Source: an uncultured bacterium (GTDB taxonomy: Bacteria > Patescibacteriota > Minisyncoccia > SW-4-49-11). From it: a DNA stretch of 64,000 nucleotides. The translations under genes were made by a program, and so were the position numbers. The stretch spans positions 8,939 through 72,938 of the forward strand of contig CALMJI010000018.1 of the NCBI GenBank assembly GCA_937864235.1. Direction: 5' to 3'. The notes under the pieces are model-generated. The model saw only the letters and a program-made list of their open reading frames with translations. It searched no databases and had not been told where the DNA came from. Of this stretch, positions 21,397-31,480 are shown one piece after another; the stretch's first letter is position 1, and every line of letters begins with the position of its first letter.

Positions 21397-22200
21397 CTAT
21401 TTAGTATGTGCAGACTTATATCTTATCAATAACAGCCCTATAGTTGTTAGTATTATAATAAATATTGCAATTAACTGAGTGATAGTAAGCCCATTAATTC
21501 TTAATATACTATATTGGGGGTCTGTAGTTTGCCAAAAATCAGTAATAAAATGAATTAAAGAAACTCCTACTACAAAGAAGGCTGTCAAATATCCTGACCT
21601 TCTAAAATCATAGAACTTATTATATAAAAATGACATTATAATAAACAAAATTATGTAACCAAAAGCTATATATAATGCCCAAGGATGCACATAAGTATCT
21701 CCAACTAGCAATAACCATGGATATTCATTTGTTGATATAGCACCTTTATCTATAGTTATAAATAATAGTACAATATATCCAAATATCATTCCTATAGGGA
21801 TAATAGGTAAAAATGTATCAAAAAATCTTAACCATGACATACCAGATCTTTTGATAGCATCAAATCCTTGTAAATAAAACCATCCCCCTACCCAACCACC
21901 TAAGTAACCACCTATGATATTGAGTTTTCCATCATAAAAAATTTCACCCCAACTTAATATATTAACCCAATCCAAATCAACTTGTACAGTAGCTAAATAC
22001 AACATTCTAGCCCCTAGCATACTAGATATAGCAACAATACTTACTAAATTAAATATATCCTTAGTAGGGACACCTTTTCTAGTAGCTTTTTCTAAAGATA
22101 AAATCAAAACTAAACTATAAGCAAATAAAAATGATATCCCCCAAATTGGTAAATTAAGGTTATATTCACTCAAAAATTCTAAGAATTGTAAATTGAGCAT
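21397..22200 (-). CDS. Divergent Lgt-like membrane protein
   Basis: Lgt-like TM layout: GARMLY, GG..GG, D(T)FLP, HP.ALY, GLTITQ; catalytic motifs altered. Confidence 0.65.
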   Translation of the reverse strand: MLNLQFLEFLSEYNLNLPIWGISFLFAYSLVLILSLEKATRKGVPTKDIFNLVSIVAISSMLGARMLYLATVQVDLDWVNILSWGEIFYDGKLNIIGGYLGGWVGGWFYLQGFDAIKRSGMSWLRFFDTFLPIIPIGMIFGYIVLLFITIDKGAISTNEYPWLLLVGDTYVHPWALYIAFGYIILFIIMSFLYNKFYDFRRSGYLTAFFVVGVSLIHFITDFWQTTDPQYSILRINGLTITQLIAIFIIILTTIGLLLIRYKSAHTK

Positions 22201-22229
22201 AGTTAGATTTATATTTTACAATATTATAT

Positions 22230-22499
22230 TTAGGCTGGAAAAACTTGCTCCCCTGTCTCATCATATAGATAAATAGCTGCGGTTGGACAAGACTGTGCTG
22301 CCAAAAGTAAAGTATCATCATCAACAGAGCTTACATCAAGAGCGGTAATATCTGTTCTATCTGAGGTAACTTCTCCACCTTTGAGCTTGAGAACTGCTTT
22401 AGCCTCTTCGTCAATTTCAAAAACATCTGGGTAAACAGCTACACAACTAGCAGCTCCTATACATTGGTCTCGGTCTATTGCTAAGGTTTTAATTGCCAT
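22230..22499 (-). CDS. Monocluster ferredoxin, likely 3Fe-4S
   Basis: CIGAASC....CP with Ala at the second Cys position. Confidence 0.88.
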   Translation of the reverse strand: MAIKTLAIDRDQCIGAASCVAVYPDVFEIDEEAKAVLKLKGGEVTSDRTDITALDVSSVDDDTLLLAAQSCPTAAIYLYDETGEQVFPA

Positions 22500-22501
22500 A
22501 T

Positions 22502-22765
22502 TTATTTACTTAAATGATAATTATGATCTGGACTATCTTTATTATAATATATATTCTTAATTTTGTCACCACATACTTCACGAAGTTTATTTTCAACCAC
22601 CACTCCAAAGGTAATAGACGACATAGGACATCCTGAACAAGCACCTAGTAAGTTCAAGGTAAGATTACCATCTTTGAACTCTAGTATCTCTACACCACCT
22701 CCATCAGCCTCTAGCATAGGGCTAATTTCTTCTAAAACTTCTTGTATTTTGGTATATACATCCAT
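22502..22765 (-). CDS. NifU/Nfu-domain Fe-S carrier
   Basis: PMLEADGGGVE, GACSGCPMS. Confidence 0.9.
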   Translation of the reverse strand: MDVYTKIQEVLEEISPMLEADGGGVEILEFKDGNLTLNLLGACSGCPMSSITFGVVVENKLREVCGDKIKNIYYNKDSPDHNYHLSK

Positions 22766-22786
22766 AACTAGATGTAGAATATATTA

Positions 22787-23098
22787 TTATAAAGTAATAT
22801 CTGTAATTTCAACTTCAGTATAAGGTTGTCTATGTCCATTTTTAACACTATATCTAGTTTTATTCTTATATTTAAAAACTATCTGCTTTTTTCCTCTACC
22901 TTGAGTTAGTACTTTAGCTGTAACTTTAGCCTTCTCAACTTTAGGTGTACCAACGGTAATATCTGAAGCATTCTCTATTAATAAAACATCATCAAAAACT
23001 AATTCTGACCCTGCTTCTTGATCTAATTTCTCAATCTTTAAAACTGTTCCTTTTTCAACAGAATATTGTTTTCCACCGGTACGAATAATTGCAAACAT
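22787..23098 (-). CDS. rplU: 50S ribosomal protein bL21
   Basis: MFAIIRTGGKQY, GHRQPYT. Confidence 0.98.
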   Translation of the reverse strand: MFAIIRTGGKQYSVEKGTVLKIEKLDQEAGSELVFDDVLLIENASDITVGTPKVEKAKVTAKVLTQGRGKKQIVFKYKNKTRYSVKNGHRQPYTEVEITDITL

Positions 23099-23126
23099 AC
23101 TAATTAATTATCTAACATTAAAATTT

Positions 23127-23155
23127 ATTATACAATGATCGATGCCTTTTGTCAA
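23127..23155 (-). promoter_or_regulatory. Consensus sigma70 promoter of rplU
   Basis: TTGACA-17bp-TATAAT. Confidence 0.8.
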
Positions 23156-23176
23156 TATTAAATTAGAGATTATTTA

Positions 23177-25468
23177 TTAAATAAAATGCTTTTGGATTAA
23201 ATCTATTTCTGTATTTACTTCTTCGTCTGAAAGTGATTTATCTAAATCTCTAAATTCTAGATGGAAAGTATAGTTAGTAAAATCTCCATTTTGGAATTTA
23301 TCTCTAAAACCTATATAGTAACATCTTGGGGAGACTAAAGTTTGAATTATATTATATATATCTTGAGCTGAACTTGTATTTGGCACTGTTACTGTAATAT
23401 CTCTTTTTACAGCTGGATATTTTGGAATTGATTGATATTTCTCCATCATTGTAGATAAAATATTAACCAGAACAGTTAAGTCTATTTCTATTATACCGGA
23501 TGCATCTACCCAACCAACTGGTTGTTCTGAATAATGAATAATATTATTAGATTCAATCAATTTAGTAGAAAACTTGGTGTAATCAAAACCTAGTTGAGCG
23601 ATTACTCTTAGAAAATCTGTATAGGTTTGGTTAGCATTAATATTATTATCATTTTCTTTATAATAATAACCTAAGCTCAAATGTAAATGTTGCTCCGAAG
23701 TAAAGACATTACTAATTTCAAATAATTTTAGGGTATCTGTATATTTTGCATTATTATCTATTGCTTTTGTCATAGACTTGATTAGATTTTGTCTTAGATA
23801 TGGCTTTGTCTCATCTACTGGATTTACTAATTGTAGAGAGCCTTCTCCAGTATATGGATAGGTTAAGATTTCTGTATAACCAATTTTAGCCAATTCTTCA
23901 GATAATTGTCGTTTGAAATTAAATACCATATCTGATTTATTTTGTATTTTAGTAATATCTAATTTAGCTGGGATATTATCATATCCGTATATTCTTGCTA
24001 TTTCTTCAATATATTCTTCTGGGGTATTTAGATCTAATCTCCAATATGGAGCTGTTAGATTATATTTTTTGGAACCAAATGCTTTATGTGCTTCTATATT
24101 TAATGATTTTAATATCTGATTAATATCATTATCACCAATATCTGTTCCTATATATTTTCTAATATAGTCATAATCTAAATGAACTATTGAGTGCTCAGTT
24201 CGATTATCACCATGATTATTATAACCAAGAGTTTCTAATCCAGATTTTTCAACTAGATTAATAATTCTCTGAATTGCAACATCGGCAAGTTCGACTGGAA
24301 TTTGTCTCTCAAATCTTTTGGCTGATTCGGTTAAGAGTTTTAATCTTCTGGCTGTTTTACGAATGCGACTATGGTCAAAATTAGCACTTTCAATCAACAC
24401 ACGAGTAGTGCCATCTCCTACTGATGTAGAGAGACCACCCAGGATTCCAGCTAGAGCTATAATTTCCTCTGAGTCACAAATCACAATATCTCCATCTTCT
24501 AGTAATATTTCGGCTCCATCTAGAGCATTCAAGATCTCTCCCTTCTTAGCCTCTCTTACTATAATGCTATCCCCCTTGACTTTTTCAGCATCAAATATAT
24601 GTACTGGTTGACCTGTTTCAAACAGAATATAATTACCTAGATCAACAGCTGGATGGTGAGTCTTCTGGTTTAAAATAGCTAAAGTTTGATGAATATTAAA
24701 ATCTAATTTGAATATATCAGTTTGTACATACAAATCTACTCTATATGTACCTTTACTTAATATATTGGAGTCAAATTTATATTTACTAAGTCCTGAAAGT
24801 TCTAATAGTGAATAATACTGACATAAATTAGTCTTAATTTTAATGTTTTTTTTGAGTTTTTGTTTAAATGGAATTGGAGACAATTCCATTGGTTGCAATT
24901 GGTTATTTGTAATTAAAGCAACTTCTCTTGCTACACCATAAAACGATGATGAGTCGCTAGCTCGAGTTCCTAGTCCTTTATTATCTATGTCAATAATTAC
25001 CTCATTCAACCCTAGAACCTCTGCTACTGGAGTCCCAACCTCAGCAAGACCTGGTAAAACTAAAATTCCATCTGATGCATCTTGCAATCCTAGTTCTTGG
25101 GCGGAACAAATCATTCCAAATGAATCTTGTCCTCTTAAATTTACAGCTTGAATATTAAGGCCATTTGGTAGAGTCGCTCCAATTTTAGCTACTGCCACTT
25201 TCTGGCCTAATTCTATATTCTTAGCTCCACATACTATAGTCAAAGCTTCATTATTTCCTACTGATACTTCGGCAATATTGAGCTTGTCAGCATTAGGATG
25301 TGGAGTTACTTTTTGTATATGGCCAACTACTACATTCTTGAGAGCCTCACCTGGATTATAAACTGAGTCAACTTCGTAACTTTTGAGTGTTATTAAATCT
25401 GCTAATTCTTCTGGTGACTGCTTTAATGTTGGAACAAAGTTTTTTATAATTGAGTATGGAATTTTCAT
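23177..25468 (-). CDS. pheT: Phe-tRNA ligase beta subunit
   Basis: HPNADKL, IVCGAKN, SFGMICS, GQPVHIFD, EEIARIYGY, FDX-ACB end. Confidence 0.96.
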   Translation of the reverse strand: MKIPYSIIKNFVPTLKQSPEELADLITLKSYEVDSVYNPGEALKNVVVGHIQKVTPHPNADKLNIAEVSVGNNEALTIVCGAKNIELGQKVAVAKIGATLPNGLNIQAVNLRGQDSFGMICSAQELGLQDASDGILVLPGLAEVGTPVAEVLGLNEVIIDIDNKGLGTRASDSSSFYGVAREVALITNNQLQPMELSPIPFKQKLKKNIKIKTNLCQYYSLLELSGLSKYKFDSNILSKGTYRVDLYVQTDIFKLDFNIHQTLAILNQKTHHPAVDLGNYILFETGQPVHIFDAEKVKGDSIIVREAKKGEILNALDGAEILLEDGDIVICDSEEIIALAGILGGLSTSVGDGTTRVLIESANFDHSRIRKTARRLKLLTESAKRFERQIPVELADVAIQRIINLVEKSGLETLGYNNHGDNRTEHSIVHLDYDYIRKYIGTDIGDNDINQILKSLNIEAHKAFGSKKYNLTAPYWRLDLNTPEEYIEEIARIYGYDNIPAKLDITKIQNKSDMVFNFKRQLSEELAKIGYTEILTYPYTGEGSLQLVNPVDETKPYLRQNLIKSMTKAIDNNAKYTDTLKLFEISNVFTSEQHLHLSLGYYYKENDNNINANQTYTDFLRVIAQLGFDYTKFSTKLIESNNIIHYSEQPVGWVDASGIIEIDLTVLVNILSTMMEKYQSIPKYPAVKRDITVTVPNTSSAQDIYNIIQTLVSPRCYYIGFRDKFQNGDFTNYTFHLEFRDLDKSLSDEEVNTEIDLIQKHFI

Positions 25469-26445
25469 AATTGTATTTTACCTAATTGAGATGCAAATCT
25501 AATATCAGCAGAGTGTATTAATCTAATGTCATCAATACCATATAAAATCATAGCTAATCGCTCTACACCAAAACCGAAGGCAAATCCTTGTATATTGGGA
25601 TCAGTAATTCCTCCATTCTCTAATACCTTACGATTCACCATCCCAGCCCCAGCAATTTCTAGCCATTTATCCTCTAGCCAAATATCTATTTCAAAACTAG
25701 GTTCCGTAAAAGGGAAATAGCTAGGCCTTAGTCTAATTTTGACATCTTGTTGAAATAATTCTTTGAAAAAGTAATTAATTACTCCTTTGAAAGTGGAAAT
25801 ACTAGCTTTATCATCCAGACACAAACCCTCTACCTGATGAAATACTGTTTCATGAGTAGAGTCTGTAGCCTCATAACGATATACTTTTCCAGGAGCTATG
25901 ATTCTAATTGGAGGCTTATTATTTTCCATATAATGAATCTGTACTGGAGAAGTGTGAGTACGAAGTAAAGATTTTATTCCTGCTGGATTTTGAACCCATA
26001 TAGTATCCCATACATCTCGAGCAGGATGGGATTCAGGGATATTCAACATATCAAAATTATACTTCTCAGATTCTAATTCTGGTCCTACTGCAACAGAAAA
26101 GCCAAGCCCAGCAAAAATATCTTGAATTTTGAATATTAATCTTGAAATAGGAGATAGCCCTCCCAACCTAGACTGCATATCTAATCGATTAATTGGATAA
26201 ATCTCTATATTAGACTCTATTTCTTGAGTTTTATTTTTGGCGACATACTCCTCAATGTCTTGCTTTAATTCATTAAGCTTCTGTCCATAAGCTGATTTTT
26301 TTTCTGGAATAATATCTTTAATTCCTTTAAATAACTCAGCAATATAACCCTTACGAGATAAATATTTATGCTCTAACTTATCTATATCTAAGGAATCCTT
26401 TTTATCATCTTTATATTCTTTTATAACCTCTTCAATTGATATCAT
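25465..26445 (-). CDS. pheS: Phe-tRNA ligase alpha subunit
   Basis: HPARD, LRTHTSPVQ, FPFTEPS, GFAFGFGVER. Confidence 0.98.
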   Translation of the reverse strand: MISIEEVIKEYKDDKKDSLDIDKLEHKYLSRKGYIAELFKGIKDIIPEKKSAYGQKLNELKQDIEEYVAKNKTQEIESNIEIYPINRLDMQSRLGGLSPISRLIFKIQDIFAGLGFSVAVGPELESEKYNFDMLNIPESHPARDVWDTIWVQNPAGIKSLLRTHTSPVQIHYMENNKPPIRIIAPGKVYRYEATDSTHETVFHQVEGLCLDDKASISTFKGVINYFFKELFQQDVKIRLRPSYFPFTEPSFEIDIWLEDKWLEIAGAGMVNRKVLENGGITDPNIQGFAFGFGVERLAMILYGIDDIRLIHSADIRFASQLGKIQL

Positions 26446-26458
26446 ATTCTAAAATTTA

Positions 26459-26845
26459 TTATTTATTCTCTTGAGCGATAAAGAAAAATTCAAGTAAAAA
26501 TATCGCTATTGTTAATATTGTAGCACTAAGTATATTAAAAAGCAAAAAACCCTGTAAAGCTAATTGTAATCCAAATAAAATTCCTAAAAGTAAACCTTGT
26601 CTTTGAGATCTGAGTGCAATATAGCTGGTATCTCGATTTTTAAATAAATTATGGGATAAAAATAACCTTGTAGCATATCCTAAATATGCCGTTATAGACC
26701 ATACTATAATCACTATACAAACTAATAAAACCCAAACTAGAGATATAGGTACTTCAGTAGGATTTATCCTAAATATTATATAATAAGCTCCTCCACTTGC
26801 AATTAATAGTAATATACTATTTAACCACAAAAATAGCTTTGTCAT
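26459..26845 (-). CDS. Hypothetical 4-TM membrane protein
   Basis: Four hydrophobic segments; tightly packed between ppa and pheS. Confidence 0.75.
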   Translation of the reverse strand: MTKLFLWLNSILLLIASGGAYYIIFRINPTEVPISLVWVLLVCIVIIVWSITAYLGYATRLFLSHNLFKNRDTSYIALRSQRQGLLLGILFGLQLALQGFLLFNILSATILTIAIFLLEFFFIAQENK

Positions 26846-26850
26846 AATTT

Positions 26851-27387
26851 TTATTTATTGTCATAGGCTTGAGCACCTTTGATCAAAATTTGTTTAGCCT
26901 CTTCTCTATCTCCAAAGCCTTCAATTTTGACAAATTCATATTTACCTGGCTCTAATTTTTTATAGTCAGCCATAAATAATTCTATCTCTTTAATTAGATG
27001 TAATTCGATATCTTCTAAATCTTGAATGTGAGCTAATCGAGGATCTAACTTTGCTACAGGAACACAAATTAATTTGTGATCTATTCCTGCTTCATCACTC
27101 ATCTTAAGAACTCCTACTACTCTTGATTTAACCACACATCCTGCAAAAGTTGGCCTAGTAGCTAAAAGAATAGCATCCAAAGCATCTCCATCCTCTCCAT
27201 GTGTTTGAGGTATAAACCCATACTCAAATGGATAAATTAAAGGAGAATACAAGGTTCTGTCTAATTTAAAGTATCCTCCCTTTTCATCATATTCAAATTT
27301 GGAAGTAGAGTGCATAGGGATATCTACCACTATATTAAATTCTTCTGGTAAAGATTCTAATCTTGGTACATCAGTATATAGATTCAT
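26851..27387 (-). CDS. ppa: Family I soluble inorganic pyrophosphatase
   Basis: KFEYD, YGFIPQT, DGDALD, DEAGIDHK. Confidence 0.95.
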   Translation of the reverse strand: MNLYTDVPRLESLPEEFNIVVDIPMHSTSKFEYDEKGGYFKLDRTLYSPLIYPFEYGFIPQTHGEDGDALDAILLATRPTFAGCVVKSRVVGVLKMSDEAGIDHKLICVPVAKLDPRLAHIQDLEDIELHLIKEIELFMADYKKLEPGKYEFVKIEGFGDREEAKQILIKGAQAYDNK

Positions 27388-27417
27388 ATGTTTCTTTATT
27401 AATTAATTATTTAATAA

Positions 27418-28674
27418 TTATGCTTCAGACTCTGTATTATTGGTGGTATTTTCCTTCACAGCTACTGTCTCTGAAGTTTCATTTACTAACTCTTGAGCCG
27501 GAGTTATAGAAGACAAATCTTCAACCACTGGAGCTGATTCATTTTTAGATTCTGGATTAAGATTAATATCATAGCCAGTTAACCTAGAGGCCAATCTCAC
27601 ATTCTGCCCTGATCCTCCAATAGCCAAAGACAATTGATCCTTAGGTACAATTACAGTAGCTTGTCTATTATTCTCATCAATAGTAATATTTTCCACTTGA
27701 GCAGGGGCAATAGCTGCTTTTATATAGTCTTGTAAATTGTCTGAATACTCTATAATATCAATTTTCTCTCCACCTAATTCATTAATCACAGACTGGACTC
27801 TAGTTCCTCTCTGCCCTACACAAGCTCCAACCGGATCTATTCCTTCACCTTTAGCTTTTACAGCTAATTTGGTTCTGATTCCGGCATCCCTGGCAACAGA
27901 TACAATTTCTACAGTTCCTCCAAATATTTCTGGCACCTCTAAAGCAAACAAAGATTTCACAAAGTCCGTACTTCTTCTTGATAGCACAATATTAGGCTCT
28001 CTCTCTGTAGTCTCAACACTTTGAATCAAGAATTTATGCCTATTACCAACACGATAATTATCAGCATATACTTGCTCAGATGGGAATAGTAGCCCCACTC
28101 CCTTACCAAGGTCAACAAATATAATACCTCTATCCATTCTCTGAATTGTACCTGTAATAATCTCTCCGACTCTGTCCTTATAAGCCTCAAAAGCAGTGGT
28201 TCGCTCAATTTCACGAATTTTCTGCATTAATACTTGTTTGGCAGTTTGAGCAGCAATTCTACCAAAATCCTCTTTTGGCTCTAGCTCCTCAACAATTTCC
28301 TCTCCTTCTTTTATCTCTGCTTGAATAGCCTGAGCATCAGTAAGAGAAATATGTCTATCAGGATTGAATCTAATTCTTCTAACTCCATCAGAACCCTCTT
28401 CCTGAGCAGAACCAAAATCCTCAGCATTCTGGTCATCACTTAGTATAACATAACCTTCATCGTCTACATTTACTACAGTTTTATGTCTAAAGATAGAGAA
28501 AACCCCTGAATCTCTATTCAACTTAGCTTTAATAACTTGACTCTTTTCTCCATAATCTTTTTTATAAGCGGCAGCAATAGCAGTCTCAATTACTTCAATA
28601 ATTTTATCTTCTGGGATGTTTTTTTCTTCTGCGATTTGGGTGATAGCAAAAGTAAATTGTTTAGCATTCAACAT
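27418..28674 (-). CDS. nusA: Transcription factor NusA
   Basis: FGRIAAQTAKQV, DPVGACVG, LSLAIG.GQNVRLA. Confidence 0.98.
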   Translation of the reverse strand: MLNAKQFTFAITQIAEEKNIPEDKIIEVIETAIAAAYKKDYGEKSQVIKAKLNRDSGVFSIFRHKTVVNVDDEGYVILSDDQNAEDFGSAQEEGSDGVRRIRFNPDRHISLTDAQAIQAEIKEGEEIVEELEPKEDFGRIAAQTAKQVLMQKIREIERTTAFEAYKDRVGEIITGTIQRMDRGIIFVDLGKGVGLLFPSEQVYADNYRVGNRHKFLIQSVETTEREPNIVLSRRSTDFVKSLFALEVPEIFGGTVEIVSVARDAGIRTKLAVKAKGEGIDPVGACVGQRGTRVQSVINELGGEKIDIIEYSDNLQDYIKAAIAPAQVENITIDENNRQATVIVPKDQLSLAIGGSGQNVRLASRLTGYDINLNPESKNESAPVVEDLSSITPAQELVNETSETVAVKENTTNNTESEA

Positions 28675-28711
28675 ATTAATATTCTTAATGTTATTATAAT
28701 AATACCATATG

Positions 28712-28753
28712 AAATAAAATAGATCTACTCTTTATTAAAAAAAGCAGATCTAT
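28712..28753 (-). terminator. Terminator-like hairpin in the nusA 5' leader
   Basis: 15-bp stem ATAGATCTGCTTTTT/AAAGAGTAGATCTAT (two G-U pairs) followed by TTTATTT. Confidence 0.6.
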
Positions 28754-28781
28754 CATAAATTTAGCCATATCATATAAAAAT

Positions 28782-28810
28782 ATTATATACTCATAATACT
28801 CAATTGTCAA
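28782..28810 (-). promoter_or_regulatory. Consensus nusA promoter
   Basis: TTGACA-17bp-TATAAT. Confidence 0.8.
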
Positions 28811-28879
28811 ATTAAAACTAGTATAAAATCTAAAAATAAGGTAATATATATTTATAAATTATTTAACCAGAATTGGTAT

Positions 28880-30106
28880 ATGAGTAAAATTATTGTAGAT
28901 GAAAAAGCTATAGATGAAATATTATCTCGTAGTATTGCCGAGATACTTCCCTCTAAAGAAGCTCTAAAAAAAGAATTGATGTCTGGGAGACAATTAAGGC
29001 TTTATATCGGAGCTGATGCTACTGGACCTGCTCTACATATTGGTCATGCCACTAATTACATATTATTAGAAAAAATTAGGAAATTAGGTCATAAAATTAT
29101 ACTTTTAATCGGAGATTTTACAGCTAGAATTGGAGACCCTACTGACAAAACTGCAACCAGAGTTCAATTGACTCGAGACCAAGTAATTGAAAATACCAAA
29201 ACTTGGATTAAGCAATTAAGTCCTATAATTTCTTTTGATGATAAAAATAATCCTGTAGAAATTGTCTATAACCATAATTGGTTGTCTAAAATGAATTTTG
29301 AGGATGTAATAGACTTAGCTTCTAATTTTACAGTACAGAGAATGTTAGAGAGAGATATGTTTGAGAAAAGATTAAAAGAAGAAAAGCCTATTTATGTGCA
29401 TGAATTTTTTTATCCCCTAATGCAAGGTTATGATAGTGTTTATCTTGATGTAGATGCCGAAATATGTGGAAATGATCAAAAATTCAATGCTCTATGTGGA
29501 AGAACTCTTTTACAAAGATATAAGCAAAAAGAAAAATTTGTGATAATCACAACTCTTTTGGAAAATCCTATCACCAAGGAAAAAATGATGTCCAAAAGCC
29601 TTGGGACTGGAGTGTTTCTAAATATGAGCTATATTGATATGTATGGAAAAATAATGGCTCAACCCGATGAGAATATATATCAGCTTTTTGTAGATTGTAC
29701 TTATGAAAGTTTAGAAAATATTGAAAAAATACGAAAAGATTTAAAGCTAAATCTAGTCAATCCAAAAGACTTAAAAATGAAATTAGCCTTTGAAATTACC
29801 AAAATTTATCACGGCGATGAATTAGCTCAGAAAGCTCAAGAATATTTTATCAATACATTTCAAAATAAAGATATTCCAACTGAAATCAAAGAGTATAAAA
29901 CTGATAAATCTAAGGTATCCTTAATTGAAATTTTACTTGAAACAGGCTTAGTTGAAAGTAAAGGAGAAGCAAAAAGAGTAATAGAACAAAATGGGATAAA
30001 AATTGATGGTAAAACAGTCAATTCCAATCCAGAGCTTATAATCACCCAGCAAGGATTAGTTTTACAAAAAGGAAAAAGGAGTTTTGTGAGGGTAATTTTG
30101 AAATAA
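28880..30106 (+). CDS. tyrS: Tyr-tRNA ligase
   Basis: HIGH, YPLMQGYD, MMSKS, C-terminal S4 domain. Confidence 0.97.
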   Translation: MSKIIVDEKAIDEILSRSIAEILPSKEALKKELMSGRQLRLYIGADATGPALHIGHATNYILLEKIRKLGHKIILLIGDFTARIGDPTDKTATRVQLTRDQVIENTKTWIKQLSPIISFDDKNNPVEIVYNHNWLSKMNFEDVIDLASNFTVQRMLERDMFEKRLKEEKPIYVHEFFYPLMQGYDSVYLDVDAEICGNDQKFNALCGRTLLQRYKQKEKFVIITTLLENPITKEKMMSKSLGTGVFLNMSYIDMYGKIMAQPDENIYQLFVDCTYESLENIEKIRKDLKLNLVNPKDLKMKLAFEITKIYHGDELAQKAQEYFINTFQNKDIPTEIKEYKTDKSKVSLIEILLETGLVESKGEAKRVIEQNGIKIDGKTVNSNPELIITQQGLVLQKGKRSFVRVILK

Positions 30107-30151
30107 TTGTCCCTTTGTATAAACTTTAGTAAAGTTTATTGCTCAATCGTC

Positions 30152-30270
30152 TATCCACCTCCGGCACTCCGTGCCACCTCCTCCTAAGGAGGACAAAAAA
30201 TTAAGAGTATCAATCCCCTCTTAAACTGGTAAGGACAAGCCTTGGACTAACTGTCTCCCTTTGGAGGGAG
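30152..30270. repeat. GC-rich double-hairpin repeat cluster
   Basis: TATCCACCTCCGGCACTCCGTGCCACCTCCTCCTAAGGAGGACA matches 13844-13886; TGTCTCCCTTTGGAGGGAG (30252-30270) is identical to 55788-55806. Confidence 0.85.
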
Positions 30271-30284
30271 AAAAATAAAAATAC

Positions 30285-31445
30285 TTACAACCCAAATCTT
30301 CCTCTTGCTGCGTTGAAGTTATGTTGTATTTCACTTAAAGACAATACTCTATTATAAATTTGTAATGAAGAAATATTCCCTCTATAGGCCTGGATATCTC
30401 CAGACTGCCTTACCCCTAAGTAGTTGTTATCTGTAGTGATTGCTGGGGTATTTAATCCATTAGTATTAAATACCAGAGGAGAGTTGTTCCAATACATATT
30501 AAAATTAGATATATTTGTACTTCCAGACCCCATATATGTTATCGTTAACATTCCCCATAGATTTGGGGTGGGATAAAATGAAGTTTTTGCTTTTACCCAA
30601 CCATTATTATTTGCAATATAAAGTCCTTCATATCCAGAATTTAGTTGATTTACATAAGCAATTCCAAGAGTAGATGTACCAGATGATCTTAATGTAATCA
30701 TTCTATGAAAATCAGCTTGAGTTCCCACTTTGGGTTTTGGATTAACACTCATCCATAAATTTATGGTAAATGGATTAGAAGTTGATATAAAATAAGAAGA
30801 TCCTAAATTAATAAAATCATCAACTCCATCAAAAACCAAACTACCTAGATTAGCACTATTATATCCAACCCCATTCACAAGTGTTACATTATTATTTCCA
30901 CTAAGATCAAACCAAGTTGTCCCTGTCCCTGGATAGCTTGCTGCATTCCCTGCATCTAGGTGTAAAACTAGTCCATTATTTATTACATATGGATTAATTG
31001 AAATTAATCTATTCTCTGATAAATCTGCAGATACTCCTACTTTATTATTATTAGGATTTATTACTACATTATATCCTGTATTTGCTCCTGTTGCTTGGGG
31101 GTCTTTTGGGATGCCTGCTATGTATGTTGGGACTAATTCTCTCAAATCTGCTCTATCAGTACAGTTTGTTGATCCTCCTACCTGCTCTACTCCTGTATTA
31201 CATATATATCTAGGCGTTGTACTTATACTATTTGGATATCTTCCATTATCTATTAGATATTGTTCTAAGGCTTTATATATTGTATTTACATCTGACCTTC
31301 TTTGTGCATTCCTTGCTTGGGCTATTTGCCTGTTTGGATTTATGGCTACTAATACTATTGCTGCTAATATTCCTATTGCTGCTATTACTAAGAGTATCTC
31401 TAATAATGTAAATCCTTTTCTTGTTCTTTTATGATTTTGTATCAT
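30285..31445 (-). CDS. Type IV pilin-like protein fused to a LamG/concanavalin-like domain
   Basis: Class III signal KG|FTLLEILLV; C-domain GLVLHLDAGN..W.DLSGN..FDGVDD..IYNRVLS. Confidence 0.88.
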   Translation of the reverse strand: MIQNHKRTRKGFTLLEILLVIAAIGILAAIVLVAINPNRQIAQARNAQRRSDVNTIYKALEQYLIDNGRYPNSISTTPRYICNTGVEQVGGSTNCTDRADLRELVPTYIAGIPKDPQATGANTGYNVVINPNNNKVGVSADLSENRLISINPYVINNGLVLHLDAGNAASYPGTGTTWFDLSGNNNVTLVNGVGYNSANLGSLVFDGVDDFINLGSSYFISTSNPFTINLWMSVNPKPKVGTQADFHRMITLRSSGTSTLGIAYVNQLNSGYEGLYIANNNGWVKAKTSFYPTPNLWGMLTITYMGSGSTNISNFNMYWNNSPLVFNTNGLNTPAITTDNNYLGVRQSGDIQAYRGNISSLQIYNRVLSLSEIQHNFNAARGRFGL

Positions 31446-31480
31446 ATATGTATATTAGTTTATATTGCTTTCTATATATT

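Noticed and set aside
30119-30139. Palindrome ATAAACTTT-AGT-AAAGTTTAT after tyrS
   Set aside because: AT-rich and weak; could be a terminator or operator but has no further support
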